A stretch of DNA of 14,164 nt from a bacterium (GCA_027452085.1 DAIDHG010000021.1:1-14164), one strand, 5' to 3'; counted from the first letter of the stretch, positions 7,504 through 14,164 are shown. Notes: a model not told the origin generated them from the letters alone. A program made the numbers and translations.

Positions 7504-9027
7504 ATGACACAATATACTCTGAGAGCCGAATCATCTTCACACGCAGGCAAGGAGATCGGTGACAAAGCTAAAGATGATAAGTCGATAGTAGAGCATTATG
7601 ATCGGCTTAAAGTATGGTTTTTGAGTGCAGCCTTCTTTTTCATCATTGGCTCATACACGATTGCCAATGAGCTAAAAAGCTCTGTGTTCAGACACGTCAT
7701 TGGCGTTGAATCAATACCAACAGCCCGTATTCTGACGATGTTTCTTTTGGTTCCCCTCATCTTTTTCTATGCCCGCACGGTTGATAAACTGCGTCGTCAT
7801 CAATTAGTGATGTTTTTCTGTGGCATCTGGGCGGTGATTGGCTTGGTCTTTGCCTATTTTCTTGCGCATCCAACCATTGGCATTCCAAATGCCGAACAAA
7901 ATCCCTATAGAATTTTTGGCTGGCTCTTCTATTTCTTTATTGAAGGATACCCGCCGTTTGTGGTGAGTGTGTTTTGGGCCTTTGTAAACTCAGTCTCAAG
8001 CCCACAATTTTCAAAAGATTACTACGCCTATATTACGGCAGCCTCAAAATTCGGTGGAGCTTTAACTGCAGGCCTTGCCTGGTTTATATGCAGCTCATGC
8101 GTGCTATCACAGCAAACAGTTGCCTGGGATACCTATAACCATCAAATGTTGTTAATTGGCGCGGCACTCCTGTTGTTTGTTGCTTGCTTTATTATTTATC
8201 TATTTATTAAGTTTGTGCCATCGCGCTATCTGCATGGCTACGAAGCCGCATATCAATTTGAGCGAGAGCGTAAAAAGGAAGAGGCGCGTGAGGAAAAAAT
8301 ATTCCAGCGTCGTGAAGGCTCATTTATGAAGAGATTCTTCCATGATGCGGCTCATTCGCTGAAAGGGATGACCAGTGGGCTTATGCTTTTTGTTCGCCAA
8401 CCATATGTACTTGGCATCTTTGGCATGGTTTTCCTTTACGAAACAGTCTATGTTGTTTTTAGTTATCTTCGCGTCGTAGAGGCACAGCGTTTTGCTGGCA
8501 GTATGTCGGAAATCACTTGTGAGCTGTATAAACCTATCTTCTTTGTGCAGGCTATTGGCGTTGTGTTTGCATTATTTGGCACCTACCCAATGGTAAAACG
8601 TCTGGGCGAACGAGCCTGTTTGATGCTCATTCCTGGTCTGAGTGGCTTCTTTCTGCTCTATATGTTGTTTGCCTATAGCCCATCGGCAGTATATATAGGC
8701 TTTATTGGGTTACGGGTCATTAACTATGCCTTTACCCAACCGGTGCGTGAGAGCCTCTACATCCCAACGATTAAGGATCTTAAGTTTAAGTCCAAATCAT
8801 GGATTGATACGTTCGGTTCAAAATTGGCCAAAAGCACCGGCTCCGCATTCAACATTCTGGTGGCATCGGTAGAGGCATCAATCTATATTCCATTGCTTGC
8901 CTGCTTTTTTACCAGCGTGCTGAGCCTTTGGTTTGCCACAGCTTTTCTACTTGGCAAGCGGTACGAGCGTGCCATTACTCATAATGAGGTAATTGGCGGG
9001 GAAGAAGAGAAAATAGTTGCGGCTTGA
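7504..9027 (+). CDS. NTT/Tlc (Npt1-like, AAA family) nucleotide transporter, ATP/ADP translocase-like, substrate not assignable
   Basis: Multi-pass membrane protein with family hallmarks FFFIIGSYT...LK, FY..IE....VVSVFWAFVN, INYAFTQPVRESLYIP, KFKSKSWID..GSKLAKSTGS. GGGGAG RBS at 7491-7496. Confidence 0.88.
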   Translation: MTQYTLRAESSSHAGKEIGDKAKDDKSIVEHYDRLKVWFLSAAFFFIIGSYTIANELKSSVFRHVIGVESIPTARILTMFLLVPLIFFYARTVDKLRRHQLVMFFCGIWAVIGLVFAYFLAHPTIGIPNAEQNPYRIFGWLFYFFIEGYPPFVVSVFWAFVNSVSSPQFSKDYYAYITAASKFGGALTAGLAWFICSSCVLSQQTVAWDTYNHQMLLIGAALLLFVACFIIYLFIKFVPSRYLHGYEAAYQFERERKKEEAREEKIFQRREGSFMKRFFHDAAHSLKGMTSGLMLFVRQPYVLGIFGMVFLYETVYVVFSYLRVVEAQRFAGSMSEITCELYKPIFFVQAIGVVFALFGTYPMVKRLGERACLMLIPGLSGFFLLYMLFAYSPSAVYIGFIGLRVINYAFTQPVRESLYIPTIKDLKFKSKSWIDTFGSKLAKSTGSAFNILVASVEASIYIPLLACFFTSVLSLWFATAFLLGKRYERAITHNEVIGGEEEKIVAA

Positions 9028-9060
9028 TTGCAGATTGAATTGTTGATCGCTCGTGGGTTG

Positions 9061-9089
9061 TTGCGGTTGTATACCAGCTTGATTAGGCT
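9061..9089 (+). promoter_or_regulatory. Weak candidate promoter for the paralog array
   Basis: TTGCGG (9061-9066), 17 bp spacer, TAGGCT (9084-9089). AGGATAGG RBS before ATG 9118. Confidence 0.3.
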
Positions 9090-9117
9090 GTATATCCTTT
9101 AACAAATAGGATAGGCC

Positions 9118-9708
9118 ATGAAAAAAACACTCTTATTACTACTTACCATCCTTACCGGCGTAATGCCGGTAGCATCTGCCGCTTCTCAGAAAAGCACGCC
9201 TTTCTATGTAGTTTCATTGTATAGCGAGATTAAGCCAGGCTATGAGCAGCTTAAAGCGCTTGGTTACAAACCGGATCGAATGGTTGTTTCGCAAGAGGGT
9301 ATCACCGCCTTAGATCTGACTGGCCTGATGCCAAGTTCCATTGAAATGCCGGTTGATTCATTCATTGCAGCCGAATCTAATGGCGATGATACAATAGCCT
9401 TATTTTATAAAGCTGCAGAATATGCCAAAAAGCAGGGCGATGATGGCATGTATCAGCTCTTTATCATACAGCTGAGACGTGAAATGGCTGCCGCATATGC
9501 ACCCGGATGGCTTGCTTCAGCCTGGTCATTGACCAAGGTTGCAGGTATTTGTTTGGCCACCTGCTTAATATTGGCTTTCTCGCTGCGGCCCGAGGCGGAA
9601 TATAAGCGGCTGCAGCAAAGGGCTCTGTTCCCATCACACTCATCAGCATCTTTTGCTCAGCGGCCAGCTGTAGGCCAACGCCTGCTGCAGTATGAGCCGA
9701 TGGTTTAA
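9118..9708 (+). CDS. Array protein A1: signal peptide + conserved helical domain + one TM, unknown family
   Basis: Signal MKKTLLLLLTILTGVMPVASA, motifs YVVSLYSEIKPGYEQL and FYKAAEYAKKQGD, hydrophobic segment VAGICLATCLILAFSL. Paralogous to A2 and A3. Confidence 0.85.
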   Translation: MKKTLLLLLTILTGVMPVASAASQKSTPFYVVSLYSEIKPGYEQLKALGYKPDRMVVSQEGITALDLTGLMPSSIEMPVDSFIAAESNGDDTIALFYKAAEYAKKQGDDGMYQLFIIQLRREMAAAYAPGWLASAWSLTKVAGICLATCLILAFSLRPEAEYKRLQQRALFPSHSSASFAQRPAVGQRLLQYEPMV

Positions 9709-9720
9709 GCAGGAGTCTGT

Positions 9721-10374
9721 ATGAAAAAAATATTATTACCTATTGTTTTAACTATCGGCATGCAGCCACTGGTTGCTGTTGATATTCCCCAGCCAGCGCC
9801 ATGTGTGGTGGATCTGTATAACGCGGTAAAGAATAGATCTCATTTTTTTGCTACTTTTGGGTGGCCATCTGGGCAAGAAAAAGCGGCTGTTGTGGCAGCT
9901 CAAGATGCTGGCATATCAGCGGCAGCTGCGTATGTGCAGGCTTATGAATATGCCTATGAAAAGGGTGATGCATGCACGGCCGTGACGTTAAAAAATAGCT
10001 TTGCGGCCCAAAATATGCGTGGGTTGCCCACACTTGCTATTCTTTGGATGGTTGTTGTAGCGGGCTTTAAATTGGTAAATCATCGGCTTAAAAAGGTGAG
10101 CCATACCTACGCAGCAATAGAAGATTTACGCGCCAGACTTCCAGCGTTTCAGGTTTTTAATGAAATGCTGCGGGAAATTGATCAGCCACAGATGGTGCCT
10201 CAGGGCTTTCACGATAAGGGTGATATACGAAGAAAGTACAATATCTTATCGCGCAGGTGGCATCCTGATAGAAATCGTGGCAATGAAGAGCGTGCTGCTG
10301 AAAAGTTTAGACGAGTCGATGAGGCCTATAAATCATTGATCAATGGCCCGCATGCGCAGCAAAATAATGATTAA
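9721..10374 (+). CDS. Array protein B1: signal peptide + conserved domain + TM + C-terminal J-domain
   Basis: AGGAG RBS. Signal MKKILLPIVLTIGMQPLVA, CVVDLYNAVK and AYVQAYEYAYEKGD motifs, TM LAILWMVVVAGF, J-domain core IRRKYNILSRRWHPDRN...AAEKFRRVDEAYKSL. Confidence 0.88.
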   Translation: MKKILLPIVLTIGMQPLVAVDIPQPAPCVVDLYNAVKNRSHFFATFGWPSGQEKAAVVAAQDAGISAAAAYVQAYEYAYEKGDACTAVTLKNSFAAQNMRGLPTLAILWMVVVAGFKLVNHRLKKVSHTYAAIEDLRARLPAFQVFNEMLREIDQPQMVPQGFHDKGDIRRKYNILSRRWHPDRNRGNEERAAEKFRRVDEAYKSLINGPHAQQNND

Positions 10375-10384
10375 AGGTTACTGC

Positions 10385-10960
10385 ATGAAGCGATTATTAT
10401 CTTTCATTCTTACATTCTTATTCGGCCTGAGCCCTGTGTTGGCCAAAGCAAATAGTGATAAAGTGCCGCAGTTTCCACCCCATATCGTCTCCTTGTATGA
10501 AACCGTAAAGCCGGCATATGAACAACTAAGAAAGAATGGCTTTTTAAAAATTGAAATAGCAATAACTGAACAAGGCGTGGTCGGCACTAAGTTGTCGGGT
10601 AATCGCAGTTCTACTATTAATTGCGAAATTGAACCATTCAGGTTAGGCATGATGGATACCGATGAGCGGGCAGCCGATGTTTATTGTAAGGCGAGTCGAT
10701 ATGCAGCCTCACTGAATGATGCGGAGATGGCTGAATGGATGGATCATCTATTGGGAAAGACTATGAGCAAAAAAAACACCTCAACGTTTTTATCCGTTTC
10801 CAATGTTGTTGTTAGTACCTGTTTATTTCAAACGGTGATTTGCTTGTTGGTTGGTCTCGGTATGCGGGTTTTAAATGGTACATATCTTAGCCGTTTAAGA
10901 AGAGAGCAAAGCCAATTAAAATGGCGGCATGCGGAACTCATGAAGGAATTACATGGTTAA
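10385..10960 (+). CDS. Array protein A2 (191 aa): signal peptide + conserved domain + TM + short helical tail
   Basis: Start revised from 10343 to ATG 10385 (AAGG upstream, signal MKRLLSFILTFLFGLSPVLA). HIVSLYETVKPAYEQL, VYCKASRYAASLND, TM VVVSTCLFQTVICLLVGLGM. Confidence 0.85.
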   Translation: MKRLLSFILTFLFGLSPVLAKANSDKVPQFPPHIVSLYETVKPAYEQLRKNGFLKIEIAITEQGVVGTKLSGNRSSTINCEIEPFRLGMMDTDERAADVYCKASRYAASLNDAEMAEWMDHLLGKTMSKKNTSTFLSVSNVVVSTCLFQTVICLLVGLGMRVLNGTYLSRLRREQSQLKWRHAELMKELHG

Positions 10961-11954
10961 AATTATGCCGCGGGCGTCTGCACTGCTCCTTATGCTTTGC
11001 TTGGCTTTGTCTCATGTGCATGGCTCAATCGCTGAGGTGAAGACATACGTTGCTGACTTGTATAATGCCAAGAAAAATGATGGTTGGACCTGCTATTTTC
11101 GCATAAGTAATGCTGAAGACCAGGCACTTAAAGCTGGCAAGGCGTGTGGCGAAACGGAGGCATCTTTGTATTGGCAGGCAGCTGAATATGCAACTGAGAT
11201 TGGTGATCATGAAGCGGCCGCATCAATAAAGCGAGCCTATTCTCATGGTCAGTTGCCGTTTGGCCCATTTGGGCTTGCTGGCGGATTGGCGCTTTCAGCG
11301 CTATTCATGAAATATTTCATTGATACGGCTCTCGAGCCAAATCGTCTACGCAAAGAAAATGCGCGCCTTTCTGCCGAAATTGACGGTATGCTAGAAGAAG
11401 CTTGGGAACGAGAACGAGCCGAGCGACTACGTATTGCTCGGGAAGAAGCTGAGCGTAGGGTACGCATTCCTGAGGAAGAAGCTGAGCATTTGGTACTGGA
11501 AGCTCAATTTTTGTGGGTTTTGATGCAACAGCAACTAGAAACCCGAGCAAGGGCGCTTCGAGCAGAACAAGAATCATTGGCTTTTGCTAGAGCTCGGCGC
11601 CCGTGGGTAGAGGGCCTGAAGGTCTGTCTTGATGAACTCATCGCAAGGAACGAACAAAAGTTTTTGCCAGTTAATCCACAAAACTCTCAGGGGTGTGAAG
11701 AAGAGAAAGAATCATCCGGCGCAGAAGTCTCAAGATGCTTAATTTGTTATGACGACTATAGCCTTACGGGTCTTATTACTTTACATCCAGCTGTGGCCGA
11801 TCAAGGCGCCCACACTATGTGTGCTTCATGCTTGCGGACAGTGATAAATAATGACAGATTTGTGTGTCATATCTGTAGGCACAACCCGACTATTGATGAT
11901 CTTGAATTTGTGAGCAGACAGCTCAACCCTATGATGAAACATTTAATATGGTGA
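10953..11954 (+). CDS. Array protein B2: signal peptide + conserved domain + TM + charged helical stalk + RING-type zinc finger
   Basis: YVADLYNAKK, LYWQAAEYATEIGD, TM FGLAGGLALSALFM, E/R-rich helix, CLIC-x12-H-x8-H-x2-CASC-x11-CHICR at 11736-11879. Confidence 0.88.
   Translation: MVKIMPRASALLLMLCLALSHVHGSIAEVKTYVADLYNAKKNDGWTCYFRISNAEDQALKAGKACGETEASLYWQAAEYATEIGDHEAAASIKRAYSHGQLPFGPFGLAGGLALSALFMKYFIDTALEPNRLRKENARLSAEIDGMLEEAWERERAERLRIAREEAERRVRIPEEEAEHLVLEAQFLWVLMQQQLETRARALRAEQESLAFARARRPWVEGLKVCLDELIARNEQKFLPVNPQNSQGCEEEKESSGAEVSRCLICYDDYSLTGLITLHPAVADQGAHTMCASCLRTVINNDRFVCHICRHNPTIDDLEFVSRQLNPMMKHLIW
11424..11489 (+). repeat. Degenerate 2 x 33-nt in-frame tandem repeat in the B2 stalk
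   Basis: RLRIAREEAER / RVRIPEEEAEH, 25 of 33 nt identical by hand count, shared core GGAAGAAGCTGAGC. Confidence 0.7.
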
Positions 11955-11958
11955 CAAC

Positions 11959-12506
11959 ATGAAGCAATTATTATCATTCATTCTTACCGTGCTTTGTGGC
12001 GTGAGCCCAATACTGGGTGCGGTGCCAACTGCCGATGTGCCAGAATATCCCGCCGGGTCGTTTCATTGTATGAAACGATAAAGCCATTGTATCATCAACT
12101 CAGGGAGGCTGGCTATGCCCCACATTCGATATGGATAAACAAAGAGGGGTTGGTTGGCCGTGGTTTCTATCAAAAGGTGATCTGCTGCAACATGGATGCT
12201 GAAATCAGAACGATTTTCACCAACATGGAAAGTGATCATGTGGCTGATCTATGTTTTAAGGTTGCCCAGTACGCGCAAGCACAGAATGATACTGAGATTG
12301 CACAGTGGATGGATGGGCTGCTCGATGGTCAGATGAGGAGCCAGTGCTCCTCTTTGGCTCCTCTTGTGCAGGCTTATGTTCTTGCCGCACCTGTGCTTGC
12401 GGCGTTTATGTGGTTGACAACTTACGGCCATAGAATCGAACTTAAGTGGCGAAATCGGAATTTACGAACTCGTATTGATGAGCTGAGGAGGAATATCAGT
12501 GGTTAA
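11959..12506 (+). pseudogene. Array protein A3, split by a 1-nt deletion (true pseudogene or sequence error)
   Basis: ATG 11959 gives MKQLLSFILTVLCGVSPILGAVPTADVPEYPA (matches the A2 N-terminus) but stops at TAA 12079-12081. The continuation VVSLYETIKPLYHQL... is in another frame (track ORF 11994..12506). One base is missing near CCCGCCGGG, 12049-12057. Confidence 0.85.
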
Positions 12507-13395
12507 GGTTGTGCGTGCACTTCATGCGGCGCTCTTCATTTCGCTTATCCTGGTTTCCCCGACTCAAGGTACCGAGCCAATGAGCTACATTGTTGATCTC
12601 TATCAGGCACAAAAGATGCGTAGTTGGACCCGCTATCTGTGGATGAGCGACGCTGAAGATCAGGCAATCAAGGCTGGTAAAGCGTGTGGTGAGTCAGTTG
12701 CATCTTTATATTGGCAAGCAGCCGAATATGCCAGCCAGCTTGGTGACCAGGCAACGGCTAAATCTTTAATAAAAGCGTATGCAGATAGCAATTTACCGTT
12801 AGGCACGTTTGGCGTGGCAACCTGTCTGTTAGTTTCTGCCTTTGTTGGGTACTGCGCTTTTAAATTAGATGTTAAAAATCACCCATTGATTGAGGAGAAT
12901 AGGGTGCTTGCAGTTGAGGCTCATGTGCTGGAGAACCATATTAGGCTAAGAAATCAGCAGAGAAGGCAATGGGAACAAGGGGCTGCCAATCAAAGAGCGC
13001 AGCAACCGGCACCCATACCAGCTGAAAATCAGCAACGCCTACCAATAGACGCAGTTCTCATGCAGCAACTGAATGAAGCCATTAATCGAAATGAGCGAGC
13101 GGCGGTGCACAGAAATGCCCAAGGCGCAGCCGCGCGTGAGCAAGAAGAAAAATCAAATCAAGCTGAAGTCAGAGCGCAAACCAGCTGCCCGATATGCACG
13201 GCAGACTGCAACGCAACGGATCTTATTGTGTTTCATGCGCCCGAAGCCGACCAACAACCGCACGCCTCATGCGCACGTTGTTTGCGGGGGATTATGCAAA
13301 CTAGATTTATCTGCCCTCAGTGTCGTCATAACCCAACCCATAATGATCTAGCCTATATGAGCCAACAACTCCGTTGGCAACGCCTTGCGGCATAG
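12499..13395 (+). CDS. Array protein B3: signal peptide + conserved domain + TM + Q/N/R-rich stalk + RING-type zinc finger
   Basis: GTG start with AGGAGG at 12486-12491. YIVDLYQAQK, AEDQAIKAGKACGESVASLYWQAAEYA (near-identical to B2), TM FGVATCLLVSAFVGYCAF, CPIC-x12-H-x8-H-x2-CARC-x10-CPQCR at 13186-13326. Confidence 0.88.
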   Translation: MVKVVRALHAALFISLILVSPTQGTEPMSYIVDLYQAQKMRSWTRYLWMSDAEDQAIKAGKACGESVASLYWQAAEYASQLGDQATAKSLIKAYADSNLPLGTFGVATCLLVSAFVGYCAFKLDVKNHPLIEENRVLAVEAHVLENHIRLRNQQRRQWEQGAANQRAQQPAPIPAENQQRLPIDAVLMQQLNEAINRNERAAVHRNAQGAAAREQEEKSNQAEVRAQTSCPICTADCNATDLIVFHAPEADQQPHASCARCLRGIMQTRFICPQCRHNPTHNDLAYMSQQLRWQRLAA

Positions 13396-13397
13396 GG

Positions 13398-13427
13398 TTT
13401 ACCAATTAATCCCGATTTTGCTACACT
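13398..13427 (+). promoter_or_regulatory. Extended -10 promoter of rpsB
   Basis: TG-C-TACACT (TG 13419-13420, -10 at 13422-13427) with TTTACC/TTACCA 18/17 bp upstream. Confidence 0.6.
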
Positions 13428-13450
13428 ATTGACCATCATTTTAAAACCAC

Positions 13451-13522
13451 TTACTTCTTCTCCAGGGTGGCAACCTTTTGTTGGTGCCAGGAAGTAATAG
13501 TTAAAACCCTGTAAGGAATCAC
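13451..13522 (+). promoter_or_regulatory. rpsB (S2) 5' leader structure, probable autoregulatory element
   Basis: Outer stem TTACTTC (13451-13457) / GAAGTAA (13491-13497), inner stem TGGCA..CC / GGTGCCA, and CAGGGT (13463-13468) complementary to ACCCTG (13506-13511) next to the AAGGA RBS. Confidence 0.65.
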
Positions 13523-14164
13523 ATGATCGATTTTAGAAAGCTGGCAAAAGCCGGTGTTCAGTTTGGCCACCAAACCTCTCGATGGAACCCAAAAATGGCG
13601 CCTTTCATCTGGGGCCAACGTAGCGGCATTCATCTTATCGATGTCTCCAAAACCGCAATTCAACTGGAAAAAGCCGCAAATTTTCTTGAAAATATAGCCG
13701 CTGAAGGCAAGCAAGTTTTGTGGGTTGGTACCAAGAAATCTGCCCAACTGGCAATGGCTGATGCGCAAAAGCTGAATATGCCAACGATTACCAGCCGCTG
13801 GGTTGGTGGTACGTTAACCAACCGCCCCGAAGTGCGCAAAGCAGTAACAAAGCTTCTTCACTTGGAAGATGTAATTGATAAGTCAGAGCAGTTTCCCTAC
13901 ACCAAAAAAGAGCTGGTAACCTTCCAAAAGAATGCCGATCGTCTGCAGCGAACTGTTGGCGGTCTGCGTAATCTTCGTTGGCGAATTGGTGCCCTTGTGT
14001 TGGTTGATGTTAAAAAAGAACAAACAGCATTGCGTGAAGCGGCAGCACTTGGTGTGCCAGTGGTAGCGCTTGTTGATACCAACGGTGATCCATCATTAGT
14101 TAACTATGTAATTCCTGGTAATGATGATGCGCCAAAGGCGGTACAAGTGGTGATCGATTATCTT
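13523..14164 (+). CDS. rpsB: 30S ribosomal protein S2 (3'-truncated by window edge)
   Basis: Hand translation: MIDFRKLAKAGVQFGHQTSRWNPKMAPFIWGQRSGIHLIDVSKT...VLWVGTKK...RWVGGTLTN...LGVPVVALVDTNGDP..VNYVIPGNDDA. Open to the window end. Confidence 0.97.
   Translation, partial: MIDFRKLAKAGVQFGHQTSRWNPKMAPFIWGQRSGIHLIDVSKTAIQLEKAANFLENIAAEGKQVLWVGTKKSAQLAMADAQKLNMPTITSRWVGGTLTNRPEVRKAVTKLLHLEDVIDKSEQFPYTKKELVTFQKNADRLQRTVGGLRNLRWRIGALVLVDVKKEQTALREAAALGVPVVALVDTNGDPSLVNYVIPGNDDAPKAVQVVIDYL

Noticed and set aside
9075..9100. Hairpin CAGCTT-gatt-AGGCTG as a terminator for NTT
   Set aside because: Short stem with a G-U pair, poor U-tract, and it overlaps the candidate -10.
10343..10384. Track start of A2 overlapping B1
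   Set aside because: ATG 10385 has an RBS, begins a signal peptide and aligns with the A3 start.
11994..12056. Track N-terminus MWREPNTGCGANCRCARISR as a Cys-rich domain
   Set aside because: It is the off-frame reading of the A3 signal-peptide region upstream of the frameshift.
9118..13395. Toxin-antitoxin/immunity, prophage, CRISPR or ankyrin/TPR-repeat interpretation of the array
   Set aside because: No nuclease or toxin motifs, phage genes or spaced direct repeats. The AxEYA motif occurs once per protein and is not tandemly repeated. A and B are homologous to each other, unlike typical toxin-immunity pairs.
13451..14082. Minus-strand ORFs 13451..13768 and 13897..14082
   Set aside because: Shadows of rpsB and its leader on the opposite strand.

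Overview
Bacterial chromosomal window. Left to right: a translationally coupled lysS (5'-truncated)-recJ-cmk block, two small acidic lipoproteins, a bidirectional terminator, lon on the minus strand, a divergently transcribed NTT/Tlc-family nucleotide (ATP/ADP-type) transporter, a 4.3-kb array of six paralogous genes, and the start of rpsB (absent from the ORF track because it runs off the end). The NTT plus eukaryote-like domains point to an intracellular bacterium of eukaryotic hosts. Ca. Dependentiae/TM6 is my best guess, which is inference only. Main finding 1: the array is three tandem A-B gene pairs. All six proteins share signal peptide + conserved helical domain + one hydrophobic segment + helical tail. 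The B members carry swappable C-terminal payloads: one J-domain (HPD) and two atypical C2H2C4 RING fingers with the linchpin Arg. This looks like a paired, modular host-manipulation effector system. A3 is frameshifted. Main finding 2: the NTT gene has a promoter, then a 42-codon leader ORF that reads through a strong terminator, an arrangement resembling pyrBI-type NTP-sensing attenuation. An S2-type leader with a 6-bp pseudoknot precedes rpsB.
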